Below are positions 51,992 through 62,920 of a stretch of DNA of 64,000 nucleotides, in pieces. Position 1 is the stretch's first letter; each line of letters begins with the position of its first letter. A program made the translations under genes and the position numbers. The notes below the pieces were generated by a model. The model saw nothing but the letters and a program-made list of their open reading frames with translations, made no database searches and was not told where the DNA came from. Source of the stretch: Mycobacteriales bacterium (GTDB taxonomy: Bacteria > Actinomycetota > Actinomycetes > JAFAQI01); assembly GCA_035547035.1 (NCBI GenBank), contig DASZVL010000039.1, forward strand, positions 32,808-96,807, in the 5' to 3' direction.

Positions 51992-52690
51992 TCAGCCGCT
52001 GTTGCGGAACGTGAGGTTGAAGTTCTGACCTGCGGTCAGCGGGCTCGCCGTGACGAGTGTCCGGCTGCCCTTGACCCATACATAGCGATGCGGGTGGTTG
52101 TCGGCCAGCGGCTTGTTGTCGATCAGCACGTTGGTGACGTGCGTCTTGGTGAACGGGTTCAGCTTGCCGTTGACGCCGTCGACGTTGACGCTGTTGTCGC
52201 CGATGAAGGTCTCGCTGCCCGACTTGCCGGCGCCGACGTGCGTCTTCGACACGTTGGTGGTCGAGTCATCGATCGTGACCCTGGTGATCTTCGTGTCGAC
52301 CTTCACCGAGACGACGACGACATCGCCCGGCGACAGTGTGATCAGGCCGCCCTGCACTGTCCGGTCGTTGACGATGAACACCGATTGGTAGAAGGCATTG
52401 CCGTTCTCGCAGGCGACGCCGATGCCGCCGCCTGACGTGCGATGCGTCCCGGTCTTCGAGTTGACGTTGGAGTAGACCAGGACCGACGGGCCCACACCGC
52501 CGAACTTGTGGTCACAGGTGATCGTCGGTACGACGAAGGTCGCGGTGACGTCCTTGAGATGCACCTTCGGCTTCGACACCTCGTAGCCGGCAAAGATGGA
52601 GCTGTGCCGTGCCGGCGCAGCTGACGCGGCAGACACCGATCCAAGCAGCGCGGCGGCACTTGCGGCGGCTACGAGTGCGGTGCGCTTCAT
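51992..52690 (-). CDS. Secreted beta-rich protein, possible G1 (eqolisin/scytalidoglutamic) peptidase-family homolog
   Basis: Trimmed to MKRTALVAAASAAALLGSVSAASA|APARH (Sec signal, AxA site) with a GGAGGA SD. The mature part resembles G1 peptidases: SSIFAGYEV...VTATFVVPTI, GIGVACENGNAFYQSVF, LSPGDVVVVSV, GSETFIGDN. Visibly lower GC than its neighbours. Confidence 0.45.
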   Translation of the reverse strand: MKRTALVAAASAAALLGSVSAASAAPARHSSIFAGYEVSKPKVHLKDVTATFVVPTITCDHKFGGVGPSVLVYSNVNSKTGTHRTSGGGIGVACENGNAFYQSVFIVNDRTVQGGLITLSPGDVVVVSVKVDTKITRVTIDDSTTNVSKTHVGAGKSGSETFIGDNSVNVDGVNGKLNPFTKTHVTNVLIDNKPLADNHPHRYVWVKGSRTLVTASPLTAGQNFNLTFRNSG

Positions 52691-52718
52691 CGTGGTCCTC
52701 CAAGTCTGGGCTGACTGA

Positions 52719-53753
52719 TCACACGACGGTGGCTGCGAGCTGGCCGCACGCGCCATCGATCTCGCGCCCCCGGGTGTCCCTCACGGTAGTCGGCACTCCG
52801 TAGGAACGCAGGATCCGTACCATCTCCCGCTCACGCTCCGGCGTGGTCGCGGTCCATTCCGACCCCGGCGTCGGATTCAGCGGGATCAGGTTGACGTGGG
52901 CGAGCTTGCCCGCCAGCAGGGAGCCGAGCAGATGAGCGCGCTCGGGCTGGTCGTTGACGTCGCGGATCATCGCGTACTCCAACGAGACTCGCCGACCCGA
53001 GGACGCGGCGTACCGCCAGGCTGCATCCAGGACCTCGGCGACGTTCCAGCGGAGGTTGATCGGCACCAGCGTGTCGCGCAGCTCGTCGTCGGGCGCATGC
53101 AGCGACACCGCCAGCGTCACTTGGAGCTTCTCACCGGCGAGCCGATCGATCGCCGGAACCAGCCCGACGGTGGACACCGTGATGTGACGTTGCCCGATGC
53201 CGAGGCCAGCCGGCACCGGATCGATCAGCCGGCGCAGCGCGGCGATCAGCGCCGGGTAGTTCGCGAGCGGCTCCCCCATTCCCATGAAGACGACATTGTC
53301 GACCTCACCCCTCCCGCCGAAGACGACCTGCTCGACGATCTCGGCGGTCGACAGGTTGCGAGTCAGCCCCGCCTGACCTGTCGCGCAGAACGGACAGCCC
53401 ATCCCGCATCCCGCTTGCGACGACACGCACATCGTCACGCGGTCGGCGTAGCGCATCAGCACGCTCTCGACGAGCGACCCGTCGCCGAGGCGCCACAACG
53501 TCTTGCGGGTCCTCCCGTCGTCGCACTCGACGCTGCGAACGTCCTCCAACAGCCGGGGCAGGAACTCGCAGGCGAGCCGCTCCCGGTCTGCGGCCGGCAC
53601 ATCGGTCATCGCACTGAGGTCGCCGTAGTGCGCGAAGTAGTTCCGCGAGAGCTGGTCGGCTCGGTACGCCGGCTCGCCGGCCTCCACCAGAGCCGCACGC
53701 CGCTGCTCAGGGTCGAGATCGGCGAGATGCCGCGGCGGCTTCTTCGGCCTCAC
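52719..53753 (-). CDS. rlmN: 23S rRNA/tRNA (adenine-C2)-methyltransferase RlmN (radical SAM)
   Basis: Trimmed from track ORF 52719..54371 to the GTG at 53753 (GTGA overlap with the cdsA stop). CxxxCxxC cluster [12 protein letters not shown], ...[11 protein letters not shown]... Confidence 0.94.
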   Translation of the reverse strand: MRPKKPPRHLADLDPEQRRAALVEAGEPAYRADQLSRNYFAHYGDLSAMTDVPAADRERLACEFLPRLLEDVRSVECDDGRTRKTLWRLGDGSLVESVLMRYADRVTMCVSSQAGCGMGCPFCATGQAGLTRNLSTAEIVEQVVFGGRGEVDNVVFMGMGEPLANYPALIAALRRLIDPVPAGLGIGQRHITVSTVGLVPAIDRLAGEKLQVTLAVSLHAPDDELRDTLVPINLRWNVAEVLDAAWRYAASSGRRVSLEYAMIRDVNDQPERAHLLGSLLAGKLAHVNLIPLNPTPGSEWTATTPEREREMVRILRSYGVPTTVRDTRGREIDGACGQLAATVV

Positions 53754-54598
53754 GAGATGTGGCTGTAGATGTGCGGGTGCAGGGGAACGTACGCCGCAAG
53801 CAGCGCCCAAGCGGTCGGAGCCGAGGGCAGCATCGAGTCGAGCCGATCGAAGACACCGCCGTGACCGGGCAGCAGCGTGCCCATGTCCTTGATGCCCAGA
53901 TCCCGCTTGATCATCGACTCGAACAGGTCTCCGAGCGTGGCGGCCGTGACGACTGCAAGGCCGAACAGCACACCTTGCCACCAGTAAGTGTGCAGGAGCT
54001 GCGTGCAGAGGATCCAGCCGAGGAAGGTGCACAGGGCGACCGAGCCGAGCAGACCCTCGATCGACTTCTTGGGGCTGATCTTCGGCGCCAGCGGGTGCTT
54101 GCCGAACAACGCGCCGACCGCGTAGCCACCGACGTCGCTTGCGACGACGACTCCGACGAAGCAGGTGATGCGGCGGTCGCCGTCGTGCGCGCCGAGGAGC
54201 AGCGCCGCAAACCCGGCGAGGTAGCCGACGTAGACGAGAGCCATCACGCCGGAGGCGAGATCCCCCACCAGCCCGTCGATTCCTCGCCACACCCGCCAGA
54301 CAAGGACCGCCGGCATCGACAGCAGCAGTGCGGTGGTCATGGCGCCCTGCCCGTCGGCGTACGCCACGCAAAGGATGGCGGTGGCCCCAGCAAGCAGTGG
54401 GACCAACGGTGGCCGCAGGCCCTTTGCCGACAGCCCCCGCGTCAGCTCGTGCATGCCGAAACCGATCGCCAGCACGATGACAACGAGGAAGAGCGGCTTG
54501 TAGAGAAAGACGGTCAGAAAGAACAACGCGCCGAGGCCGACGCCGACCCCGACGGCGACGGGCAGGTTGCGACCCGCCCGCCCCTGCTCCTCAGACAC
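53750..54598 (-). CDS. cdsA: Phosphatidate cytidylyltransferase
   Basis: 282 aa, polytopic. C-terminal signature ...[28 protein letters not shown]... Confidence 0.95.
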   Translation of the reverse strand: MSEEQGRAGRNLPVAVGVGVGLGALFFLTVFLYKPLFLVVIVLAIGFGMHELTRGLSAKGLRPPLVPLLAGATAILCVAYADGQGAMTTALLLSMPAVLVWRVWRGIDGLVGDLASGVMALVYVGYLAGFAALLLGAHDGDRRITCFVGVVVASDVGGYAVGALFGKHPLAPKISPKKSIEGLLGSVALCTFLGWILCTQLLHTYWWQGVLFGLAVVTAATLGDLFESMIKRDLGIKDMGTLLPGHGGVFDRLDSMLPSAPTAWALLAAYVPLHPHIYSHIS

Positions 54599-54601
54599 GT
54601 C

Positions 54602-55159
54602 TCAAACTTCGAGGAGTTCGGCTTCTTTGGCCCGCAGCGCCTCGTCGACCTGCTCGACATAGCCGTGGGTGGTCTTCTCGAGCTCCTTCTCGGCGCGCGC
54701 GACGTCGTCCTCGCCGACCTCGCCGTCCTTGGCCATCTTGTCGAGGGCCTCCTTGGCGTGCCGGCGGATGTTGCGGATCGACACGCGACCTTCTTCCGCC
54801 TTGCCGCGCGCGACCTTGATCATGTCCCGACGCCGCTCTTCGGTGAGCTGCGGGAACACGACCCGGATGATCTTGCCGTCGCTGGTCGGGTTCACGCCGA
54901 GGTCGCTGTCGCGGATCGCCTTCTCGATGGCGTTGAGCGAGCCTTGGTCGTACGGCGAGATGATCGCCATCCGTGGCTCCGGCACGTTGAACGACGCGAG
55001 CTGGTTCACCGGCGTCGGCGTGCCGTAGTAGTCCACGACGATCTTCGAGAACATCTGCGGCGTCGCGCGTCCGGTACGGATGGTTGCGAGGTCGTCGTGG
55101 AGGACCGTGACGGCCTTCTCCATCTTCTCCTCGGCCTCGAACATCGTCTCGTCGATCAT
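54602..55159 (-). CDS. frr: Ribosome recycling factor
   Basis: 185 aa, ...[27 protein letters not shown]... Confidence 0.99.
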   Translation of the reverse strand: MIDETMFEAEEKMEKAVTVLHDDLATIRTGRATPQMFSKIVVDYYGTPTPVNQLASFNVPEPRMAIISPYDQGSLNAIEKAIRDSDLGVNPTSDGKIIRVVFPQLTEERRRDMIKVARGKAEEGRVSIRNIRRHAKEALDKMAKDGEVGEDDVARAEKELEKTTHGYVEQVDEALRAKEAELLEV

Positions 55160-55908
55160 TTGCCCATCCCGCCCACGCCGGCCCCGTCGCCGCTGTCAAC
55201 CACGGTGCCGATGCTCTCACCACGCACCGCACGGGCGATATTGCCGTCGACGAGGAGGTCGAACACCACGATCGGCAACGAGTTGTCCATGCAGAGCGTG
55301 AAGGCTGTGAGGTCGGCCACCTTGAGCTCGCGCGCAACGACCTCGGAGTAGGTGATGTGCTCGAAGCGCTTGGCGCCCGGATTCGTCCGCGGGTCGTCGT
55401 CGTACACGCCATCGACCGCCTTGGCCATGAGCAGGACCTCGGCACCGATCTCGAGCGCGCGCTGCGCAGCCGTCGTGTCGGTCGAGAAGAACGGAGCGCC
55501 GAGGCCCGCGCCGAAGATCACCACGCGGCCCTTCTCCAGATGTCGCATGGCTCGGCGAGGCACGTAGGGCTCGGCAACCTGGCCCATCGTGATCGCGGTC
55601 TGCACGCGGGTCTCGACGCCCTGCTTCTCGAGGAAGTCCTGCAGCGCAAGGCAGTTCATGACCGTGCCGAGCATGCCCATGTAGTCGGCCCGGCCGCGGT
55701 CCATCCCGCGCTCCGACAGCTCGTGGCCACGGAAGAAGTTGCCGCCGCCGATGACGACGGCAACCTGCACTCCGCCACTGACCACGTCACCGATCTGCCG
55801 CGCGACGTTCTGCACGACGTCCGGATCGACTCCTACCGAGCCACCACCGAACATCTCCCCGCCCAGCTTGAGCAGGACACGACCCCACCTCGCCGGCGAG
55901 TCAGCCAT
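55156..55908 (-). CDS. pyrH: UMP kinase
   Basis: ...[12 protein letters not shown]..., ...[11 protein letters not shown]..., ...DGVYDDDP... Its stop overlaps the frr ATG (ATGA). Confidence 0.98.
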   Translation of the reverse strand: MADSPARWGRVLLKLGGEMFGGGSVGVDPDVVQNVARQIGDVVSGGVQVAVVIGGGNFFRGHELSERGMDRGRADYMGMLGTVMNCLALQDFLEKQGVETRVQTAITMGQVAEPYVPRRAMRHLEKGRVVIFGAGLGAPFFSTDTTAAQRALEIGAEVLLMAKAVDGVYDDDPRTNPGAKRFEHITYSEVVARELKVADLTAFTLCMDNSLPIVVFDLLVDGNIARAVRGESIGTVVDSGDGAGVGGMGK

Positions 55909-55911
55909 GCG

Positions 55912-56724
55912 TCAGGCGCCCACCGCGAACCGGACGAACTTGGTGATCGTCACGCCGGCCTCGTCGAGGACGACCTGCACCGACTTCTTGTTGTCGCGGA
56001 CGTAGGCCTGGTCGAGCAGGACGTTGTCCTTGTAGAAGCCGGTCAGCCGGCCCTCGACGATCTTCGGCAGCGCCTGCTCCGGCTTGCCCTCCTCGCGCGC
56101 GGTCGCCTCGGCGATCCGGCGCTCGTTGGCGACCGTCTCCTCGGGCACCTCGTCGCGGTTGAGGTACGGCGGGTTGTAGGTGGCGATCTGCATCGCAACC
56201 CCGCGCGCGGTCTCCGCGTCGTCGCCTTCGAACTGCACGAGGACGCCGATCTGCGGCGGCAGGTCGGTGGCCCGCTTGTGCAGGTACGTCGTCGTCTTGC
56301 CTTCGAAGACCGCGAGCTGCCCGAGACCGATCTTCTCGCCGATGACGGCGCCGGTTGCCTCGATCGCGGCTGCGACGGTCCTGCCGTCGGCGAGCATCGC
56401 CGCACCGAGCGCGTCGATGTCTGCCGGCCGCGTCTCTGCCGCAACCGCGACGACGTCTGCGGCAAGAGTCTGGAACTCGTCGTTCTTGGCGACGAAGTCG
56501 CTTTCCGACAACAACGAGAGCATCGCGCCCTCGGCGGCCGCGACGAGACCGTTGTTGGCGTCGCGGTCCTGCCGCTTCTGGTTCTTCGCAGCACCCGCGA
56601 TGCGCAACAGCTCGACGGCCTTGTCGAAGTCGCCGTCGGCCTCTTCCAGCGCCTTCTTGCAGTCCATCATCCCCGCGCCGGTGGCGTCGCGGAGCTTCTT
56701 CACGTCAGCAGCGCTGACCGCCAT
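55912..56724 (-). CDS. tsf: Elongation factor Ts
   Basis: [41 protein letters not shown]... Confidence 0.99.
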   Translation of the reverse strand: MAVSAADVKKLRDATGAGMMDCKKALEEADGDFDKAVELLRIAGAAKNQKRQDRDANNGLVAAAEGAMLSLLSESDFVAKNDEFQTLAADVVAVAAETRPADIDALGAAMLADGRTVAAAIEATGAVIGEKIGLGQLAVFEGKTTTYLHKRATDLPPQIGVLVQFEGDDAETARGVAMQIATYNPPYLNRDEVPEETVANERRIAEATAREEGKPEQALPKIVEGRLTGFYKDNVLLDQAYVRDNKKSVQVVLDEAGVTITKFVRFAVGA

Positions 56725-57593
56725 CAGTTGTCACTCGCTTCCGGGGTCTGGGTCTCCTGGCTGCCTTCGGTCGCGGGAGCGGCCTGGCCGCCTTCGGTCG
56801 CGGGAGCGGCCTGGCCGCCTTCCAAGAGCTCACGCTCCCAGTCGGCCAGCGGCTCGTCGGCGCCGAGCTGGCCCGGCTCCGGCGTCTCGTCGCCCTCGGC
56901 CGCCCCCGCACGCGCGATCAGGCCCTCGGCGACCGCGTCGGCGATCACGCGGGTCAGCGTGGCGACGGAGCGGATGGCGTCGTCGTTGCCCGGGATCGGG
57001 TAGTCGACGACGTCCGGGTCGCAGTTGCTGTCGAGGATCGCGACGACCGGGATGTTGAGCTTGCGCGCCTCGGCGACGGCGATGTGCTCCTTGTTGGTGT
57101 CGACCACCCACACCGCGCTCGGCACCTTGGCCATGTCGCGGATGCCACCGAGGGTGCGAGCGAGCTTCTCGCGCTCCCGGGAAAGGACGAGGGCTTCCTT
57201 CTTGGTGGTCACGTTGGTGCCACCGGTTGCCTCGATGACCTCGAGCTCCTTGAGCCGCTGCAGGCGCTTGTGGACGGTCGAGAAGTTGGTGAGCATGCCG
57301 CCGAGCCAACGCTGGTTGACGTAGGGCATGCCGACGCGGGTCGCCTGCTCGGCGATCGCGTCCTGCGCCTGCTTCTTCGTCCCGACGAACAGCACCGAGC
57401 CGCCGTGGGCGACGGTCTGCTTGATGAAGTCGTACGCGCGGTCGATGTAGGACAGCGACTGCTGCAGGTCGATGATGTAGATGCCGTTGCGCTCGGTGAA
57501 GATGAAGCGCTTCATCTTCGGGTTCCAACGCCGGGTCTGGTGCCCGAAGTGGACGCCGCTCTCGAGCAGCTGGCGCATCGTGACGACGGCCAT
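56724..57593 (-). CDS. rpsB: 30S ribosomal protein S2 with an acidic repeat-containing C-terminal extension
   Basis: Trimmed to [27 protein letters not shown]... The C-terminal tail is ...[32 protein letters not shown]. Confidence 0.98.
   Translation of the reverse strand: MAVVTMRQLLESGVHFGHQTRRWNPKMKRFIFTERNGIYIIDLQQSLSYIDRAYDFIKQTVAHGGSVLFVGTKKQAQDAIAEQATRVGMPYVNQRWLGGMLTNFSTVHKRLQRLKELEVIEATGGTNVTTKKEALVLSREREKLARTLGGIRDMAKVPSAVWVVDTNKEHIAVAEARKLNIPVVAILDSNCDPDVVDYPIPGNDDAIRSVATLTRVIADAVAEGLIARAGAAEGDETPEPGQLGADEPLADWERELLEGGQAAPATEGGQAAPATEGSQETQTPEASDN
56763..56822. repeat. Perfect 27-bp tandem duplication (2 full copies plus a partial) in the rpsB 3' end
   Basis: gccttcggtcgcgggagcggcctggcc at 56763-56789 and identically at 56790-56816, then gccttc. 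In frame; encodes GQAAPATEG x2. Confidence 0.9.
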
Positions 57594-57896
57594 GTGTGGT
57601 GCTCCTCTCGGGCATGCCCCCGCCTTTGACCGGCAGAGCATGCACTCGGTTCTTCATGGCAGACCGGGTTGGCCGCCATGCCTGACGCCTCCGGAGCGCC
57701 GAACCCCTGTGTCGAGCTGTGTTGATTCCAACTCAGGGGACCGTACGGCGCGCCCCGTCCATCGCCGATCAGGACGGTCTGGTGACGTGCGAAGTCGGAT
57801 CGCCGGAGCGTTCCGCTGCCAAAAGTCTACGGGTGGCTGTCCACAGGCGCGAATCTGCGCCTTGGGCCCGCTCGGGCTTCGGCCGAGCATCGCCCT

Positions 57897-58379
57897 ATGT
57901 TCCGCGTGCTCGGCGCCTTGGGCGCCTCGTTGGCGTCCCTCGTCGGGCTGGCTCCGGCGGCTTCGCGGCCGGTCGAGACCGTGCCCGCCCCTTCGGCGTA
58001 CGGCTGGCCGCTGCTTCCAGGGCCCGATCGGATCGTCCGTGACTTCGACCCGCCGGCCCAGCCGTGGCTCGCCGGCAATCGCGGGCTCGACCTCGCCGGG
58101 CACTCGGGCGCGGCAGTTCACACCGCGAACGCCGGTCTCGTGACCTTTGCCGGTCCGGTCGGAGGTGTCGGCGCCGTCACCGTCACCTTCGGCGCGCTGC
58201 GCACGACGTACGAACCCGTCACACCGACCGTGCACCGCGGTGAGCAGGTGCGCGTCGGGCAGGTGATCGGGCGCCTCGACGGCCCGACCCTGCACTGGGG
58301 GCTGCTACGAGGCACCGACTACCTCGACCCGCTGGCGCTGCTCGGCCTGATGCGGGTACGGCTCCTGCCGCTGACCTAG
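57897..58379 (+). CDS. M23/LytM-domain protein (secreted; first Zn-ligand His replaced)
   Basis: N-terminal signal-like MFRVLGALGASLASLVGLAPAAS. LytM core ...WLAGNRGLDLAG...AGLVTFAG...LRTTYEPV...LHWGLLRG..YLDPL. It has NRGLD where the family usually has HRGVD. Confidence 0.75.
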   Translation: MFRVLGALGASLASLVGLAPAASRPVETVPAPSAYGWPLLPGPDRIVRDFDPPAQPWLAGNRGLDLAGHSGAAVHTANAGLVTFAGPVGGVGAVTVTFGALRTTYEPVTPTVHRGEQVRVGQVIGRLDGPTLHWGLLRGTDYLDPLALLGLMRVRLLPLT

Positions 58380-58382
58380 GTC

Positions 58383-59219
58383 CTAGTCTTTGGGTTCGGC
58401 GAGCTTGCCGCGCAGCTGGAGCACGGCCTTCGTGTGCATCTGGCAGATCCGGCTCTCGGTCACGCCCAGCACCTGGCCGATCTCGGCGAGGGTCAGTCCT
58501 TCGTAGTAGTAGAGCGTGACGACGATCTTCTCCCGCTCCGGGAGAGTGTTGATCGCGCGAGCGAGCAGGTACTTCGTCTCCTCGGTCTCGAACGCCGCGA
58601 CCGGATCCTCGGCCTTCGTGTCCTCGAGGGTGTCGACGAGCGAGAGCTTGTCGCCGCGTTCGCCACCGACGTTGAGCAGCTCGTCGAGCGCGATGACGTT
58701 GACGAACGACACCTGCGAGAAGATCGCGTGCAGATCCTCCAGCGCGATGCCGAGCTCGGCCGCGACCTCCGCTTCGGTCGGCGTGCGGTGCAGCCGGGCC
58801 TCGAGCGCGGCATAGGCCTTCTCGACCTCCCGCGCCTTGTAACGGACTGAGCGCGGGATCCAGTCGATGGCACGGAGCTCGTCGATGATCGCGCCCTTGA
58901 TGCGGCTGATCGCATAGGTCTCGAACTTGATCGCACGGCTCACGTCGAACTTCTCGATCGCGTCGATCAGCCCGAAGATGCCGTAGGAAACCAGGTCGGC
59001 CTGCTCGATGTTGGGCGGCAGGCCAACTCCGACGCGACCCGCGACGTACTTCACCAGTGGCGAGTAGTGCAGGATCAGGCGCTCGCGGAGCGACTGATCC
59101 CCACTGTTCTTGAAGGACCGCCAGAGCTCGCTGATCGCGGCGTCGACTGTCGCGGCGTCTGCCTTCGACTCGTCTTCCTCGAGCGCGACTTTCTCACGCT
59201 CGGGGGTGCGCGGACTCAT
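58383..59219 (-). CDS. whiG: FliA/WhiG family (sigma-28-type) RNA polymerase sigma factor
   Basis: 278 aa. Region 2 ...LVKYVAGRV...[18 protein letters not shown]..., region 4 ...[27 protein letters not shown]... Conserved neighbourhood with xerC/dprA as in Streptomyces. Confidence 0.88.
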   Translation of the reverse strand: MSPRTPEREKVALEEDESKADAATVDAAISELWRSFKNSGDQSLRERLILHYSPLVKYVAGRVGVGLPPNIEQADLVSYGIFGLIDAIEKFDVSRAIKFETYAISRIKGAIIDELRAIDWIPRSVRYKAREVEKAYAALEARLHRTPTEAEVAAELGIALEDLHAIFSQVSFVNVIALDELLNVGGERGDKLSLVDTLEDTKAEDPVAAFETEETKYLLARAINTLPEREKIVVTLYYYEGLTLAEIGQVLGVTESRICQMHTKAVLQLRGKLAEPKD

Positions 59220-60126
59220 ACGTTGCTCTCAGCCGCTCGATGGAAACGTGGGTGTAGATCTGGGTAGTTGCGAGCGTAGCGTGACCCAGCAGCTCCTGAA
59301 CGCTTCTCAAGTCCGCGCCGCCCTCGAGCAAATGCGTGGCGGCGGTGTGGCGCAGCCCGTGCGGGCCGAGGTCGCCGACTCCCGGGACCGCCGCAAGACA
59401 TCGGTGCACGACCCTTCTCGCCGCCCTTGGGTCGATCCTGCCACCCCGAGCGCCCAACAGCAGTGCCGGCGGGCTGTCGGAGGTGGCGAACGCCGGCCGT
59501 CCGCGCGCCAGCCACGCCGCTGTCGCGCGCGCTGCCGGCACGCCGAGTGGGACCACCCGCTCTTTCGCACCTTTCCCGAACAATCGGACCGTACGCCGCT
59601 CCCGGTCGAGGTCGTCGACGTCAAGGCCGCACAGCTCGCTGACCCGGGCACCTGTCGCGTAGAGCAGCTCGACGATCGCCGCATCACGCAGGCCGACCGG
59701 AGTCGAGTCCGCAGCGGCGGCCGTCATCACCGCCTTCGCCTGGTCGACGCGAAGCACTTCGGGCAGCTTTCGCTGTGCTCGCGGCGTGGCAAGCCGCGCT
59801 CCGGCATCGACGTCGGCAAGCCCGTCGCGGACCGCCCACGCAGTGAACATGCGGGCCGCCGACGCCCGTCTCGCGAGCGTTGCCCGGCTCATCCCTTTGG
59901 TGTGGAGCTGTGCCAGCCAGGACCGCAGCACGCCGATGTCGATCTCGGCGACGGCTGTGCGGTTCATCCGCGACGCATGCGTCAGCAGGCTGGCGAGGTC
60001 GTTGGCGTAGGCGCGCACAGTGTGGGCCGAGAGCCCCCGCTCGAACGTCAGATGCTCGAGGTAGCGCTCGTGAGCATCAGCAAGCTCGACGGGGAGCCCC
60101 GCCTCGTCGCTGTCACCCGCCGCCAC
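59194..60126 (-). CDS. xerC: Tyrosine recombinase XerC
   Basis: Trimmed from track ORF 59194..60282 to the GTG at 60126. Core-binding domain (...[23 protein letters not shown]...) and catalytic R...HxxR...Y (ATGARVSE..., [23 protein letters not shown]). Confidence 0.9.
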   Translation of the reverse strand: MAAGDSDEAGLPVELADAHERYLEHLTFERGLSAHTVRAYANDLASLLTHASRMNRTAVAEIDIGVLRSWLAQLHTKGMSRATLARRASAARMFTAWAVRDGLADVDAGARLATPRAQRKLPEVLRVDQAKAVMTAAAADSTPVGLRDAAIVELLYATGARVSELCGLDVDDLDRERRTVRLFGKGAKERVVPLGVPAARATAAWLARGRPAFATSDSPPALLLGARGGRIDPRAARRVVHRCLAAVPGVGDLGPHGLRHTAATHLLEGGADLRSVQELLGHATLATTQIYTHVSIERLRATYESAHPRA

Positions 60127-60197
60127 GCGCCTACGCTCGACGCGCGGCCGCTCATCGTCAAGCCGCCACGCTGCTCGACAGCATCGGCCGGCACCGC

Positions 60198-61376
60198 CTA
60201 CCACCAGCCCAGGGCGAGCTCCTCGGTCACTTCGCCGGTCTCGCCGCGACGCTCGTCGCGACCGAGCTTGGTCATGCACCACCCGCCATCCGACTTCGTC
60301 ACCAATCCGGCGGCCTCGAGTGCGGCGAGCGCTGCCGCCATCGCCTCACGCCGCATGCCCGCGGTGACGGCGATCCGATCGGCAGGGACCGGCTTCATGA
60401 CAGGGACCGCCTCGAACGCACGGCTCACCGCCGGCCCGAGCAGGTCACGTCGCCGGACCGGGCCACTGACCCGCTCCGCGAACTGGCCGAGCGGGCCGAC
60501 CTGCTCCAGCACCTCGTCAACCTTCGTGACGAGCACCGTGTCGGGACGATCGCGCAGCAGCTGATGGCAGCCCGCCGACAGTATTGAGCTGACCGGGCCG
60601 GGCACTGCCATCACGTGGCGGAATAGCTCGGCCGCGTGACGCGCCGTCGAGCGGGCGCCACTTCGCGGAGCCGCCTCGACCACGACCGTGCCGGCGGACA
60701 GCGCCGCGATCAGGCGATTGCGGACCAGGAAGCGGCCTCGATGCGGCGCCGCGCCGGGCGGCTGCTCGCTGACCACCGCGCCTTCGGCGCGGATCCGGTC
60801 GTAAAGGCTCCGGTTCGCCATCGGGTAGCTGACGTCGACGCCGCACGCCAGCACCGCGACGGTCGGGCCGGCGGCTGCGAGAGCAGCGCGATGGGCTGCC
60901 GCATCGATGCCCAGCGCGAGACCCGACACGACCGTCCAGCCACGTTCGGCGAGCCCTGAACCCAGCTCAGCAGCCACCGAGACGCCGTAGTCGGTCGGCG
61001 CACGGGTACCCACGATCGCGACCGCGCGGTCACACGTGCCGCGCAGCGGCGCCGGGCCGCGCACCCACAACGCGAGGCAGCCGGCGTCCACGTGATCGAG
61101 GTCGTCGAGGGCGCTCGGCCACTCGTCGTCACCGGGACACACCAGCCTCGCACCGAGCTTCGCGGCGAGCTCGAGCTCGCGCTCGGCCGGGATGTCGAGC
61201 AGCCGTGCCGCCAGCGCCGGAACGTCGAGGTTCGCGATCGGCGCTTGCCGGCGAATGTCGTCGACCGCCCGGACCGCGCCGACCTTCTGGACATGTCGAA
61301 TCAGACCGACCGACGGCGGTTCGGCAGCGCGCAACAGCTGCGCGCGGGCAGCGCGCTCCTGATCGCTGACCGTCAT
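60198..61376 (-). CDS. dprA: DNA-processing protein DprA
   Basis: 392 aa. Rossmann-like core ...[13 protein letters not shown]...[18 protein letters not shown]... and a C-terminal winged-helix-like tail. Confidence 0.92.
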   Translation of the reverse strand: MTVSDQERAARAQLLRAAEPPSVGLIRHVQKVGAVRAVDDIRRQAPIANLDVPALAARLLDIPAERELELAAKLGARLVCPGDDEWPSALDDLDHVDAGCLALWVRGPAPLRGTCDRAVAIVGTRAPTDYGVSVAAELGSGLAERGWTVVSGLALGIDAAAHRAALAAAGPTVAVLACGVDVSYPMANRSLYDRIRAEGAVVSEQPPGAAPHRGRFLVRNRLIAALSAGTVVVEAAPRSGARSTARHAAELFRHVMAVPGPVSSILSAGCHQLLRDRPDTVLVTKVDEVLEQVGPLGQFAERVSGPVRRRDLLGPAVSRAFEAVPVMKPVPADRIAVTAGMRREAMAAALAALEAAGLVTKSDGGWCMTKLGRDERRGETGEVTEELALGWW

Positions 61377-62920
61377 GCCGTCCTCGCCAGCTCGGCGGTC
61401 TGTCCCATGATTCGCAGCGCGCGAGCCCGTTCGACGTCGTCGCGGGTCGGCACCTCACGACCGGCGAGGTCGGCCAGCGTCCAGGCAACCTTCATCACGC
61501 GGTCGACACCGCGCGTCGACAGCCGCTGCTTGTCGAGGTCGGCCGACAACGTGACGAGCGCGTCGCTCGGGATCGGCCAGCGGCGCCGAAGGTCAGGGCC
61601 GGGCACCTCGGCGTTTGTGGACCACGGGGTGCCGCGCAACCGGCTGGCGGCACGGGCGCGTGCTTGGAGCACTCGCTCTCGCACGGTCGCGGTCGGCTCG
61701 CCGGACGCGCCTGCAGCGAGGACCGCGCGGCTCACCGGCGTCAACCTCGCCCGCAGGTCGATGCGGTCGAGCAACGGACCCGAGATTCGGTTCTTGTAGG
61801 CGCGCAGCTGGGTCGACGTGCACCGGCAGGACGCCGCATCTGTCGACTTCCCACCTCGTGCGCAAGGACACGGGTTCGCCGCCAGCACGAGCTGGAAGTG
61901 CGCCGGGTAGGTAGCTGCCCCACCGGCACGATGGATCGTGACGACGCCGGACTCCAGCGGCTGTCGCAGCGCGTCGAGAGCGCGTCGCTCGAACTCCGGC
62001 GCCTCGTCCAGGAACAGGACACCTTGGTGGGCGAGGGAGATCGTCCCGGGCGTCGGAACTCCCGTGCCGCCACCAACCAAGGCTGCGATCGTCGCGGAAT
62101 GGTGCGGCGCGCAGAACGGGGGCCGCTTCAGCAGCGGACGCCCCGGTGCGAGCCGGCCCAGCAACGAGTGGATCGACGTGACCTCGAGAGCGTCGTCGCC
62201 TTCGAGATCCGGAAGTAGACCCGGCAGTCGCTCGGCAAGCATCGTCTTGCCAACACCGGGCGGTCCGGTGAGGAAGACGTGATGCCCACCCGCGGCCGCA
62301 ACCTCGATTGCGTGGCGAGCCTCTTCTTGCCCGATCACATCGATGAGATCGAGCGACGCGTCTTCAGTCGGCAGTGGCACGGGCGAGTCGTCGTACTCCG
62401 CGGTCTCCTCACCGCGAAGCCTGCTGCACAGCTCCCGGAGCGAGCCGACGGCGGTGATCTCCACGCCCGGCACGAGTGCCGCCTCGGCAGCATTGGCTCG
62501 CGGAACGACGATCCTGCAGTGACCGAATCTCACGGCGCCGATCACAGCCGGAAGGACCCCCGTCACCGGGTGAACCCGCCCGTCGAGCCCGAGCTCTCCG
62601 AGCACGACCAGGTCGCGCACTGCCGACGAATCGAGCGCTCCCTGTGCGGCCAGCACGGCGACCGCGACAGCCAGGTCGAAATGGCTCCCGCTCTTCGGTA
62701 CCGACGCAGGAAACAGGCCCACGGTGATCTTGTGTGCGGGCCAAATCTCGCCCGCGCTCTCAACCGCGGATCGCACCCGTGGCGCTGACTGACGAACCGC
62801 CGTGTCGGGCAACCCTGTCCATTCGGTACCGGGCAGCCCGGTCCCGACACTCGCCTCGATCGTCACCGCGTGTGCGACGAGGCCGGTCAACACAATCGAT
62901 CGCGTTCGCCCGAGACGCAT
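61373..62920 (-). CDS. comM: YifB/ComM family Mg-chelatase-like AAA+ ATPase
   Basis: Trimmed from track ORF 61373..63028 to the ATG at 62920 (MRLGRTRSIVL...). Lon-protease-like N-domain, Walker A GPPGVGKT, Walker B VLFLDE, ChlI-type C-terminus. Confidence 0.92.
   Translation of the reverse strand: MRLGRTRSIVLTGLVAHAVTIEASVGTGLPGTEWTGLPDTAVRQSAPRVRSAVESAGEIWPAHKITVGLFPASVPKSGSHFDLAVAVAVLAAQGALDSSAVRDLVVLGELGLDGRVHPVTGVLPAVIGAVRFGHCRIVVPRANAAEAALVPGVEITAVGSLRELCSRLRGEETAEYDDSPVPLPTEDASLDLIDVIGQEEARHAIEVAAAGGHHVFLTGPPGVGKTMLAERLPGLLPDLEGDDALEVTSIHSLLGRLAPGRPLLKRPPFCAPHHSATIAALVGGGTGVPTPGTISLAHQGVLFLDEAPEFERRALDALRQPLESGVVTIHRAGGAATYPAHFQLVLAANPCPCARGGKSTDAASCRCTSTQLRAYKNRISGPLLDRIDLRARLTPVSRAVLAAGASGEPTATVRERVLQARARAASRLRGTPWSTNAEVPGPDLRRRWPIPSDALVTLSADLDKQRLSTRGVDRVMKVAWTLADLAGREVPTRDDVERARALRIMGQTAELARTA

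Noticed and set aside
57594-57896. A cyclic-di-AMP (ydaO-type) riboswitch in the 303-bp region upstream of the M23 gene. Fragments seen: GGGGACC, GCCGA, ACGGGTG, GAATC.
   Set aside because: The hallmark conserved segment (CAGCUAACC..UCGUAAGCG-like 3' half) and the pseudo-two-fold arrangement are absent. The scattered short matches are expected by chance in GC-rich DNA.
59194-60126. The tyrosine recombinase as a phage or ICE integrase marking a mobile element.
   Set aside because: XerC-type length and motifs, the conserved dprA-xerC-whiG-rpsB chromosomal context, and no flanking phage/ICE genes, tRNA or direct repeats.
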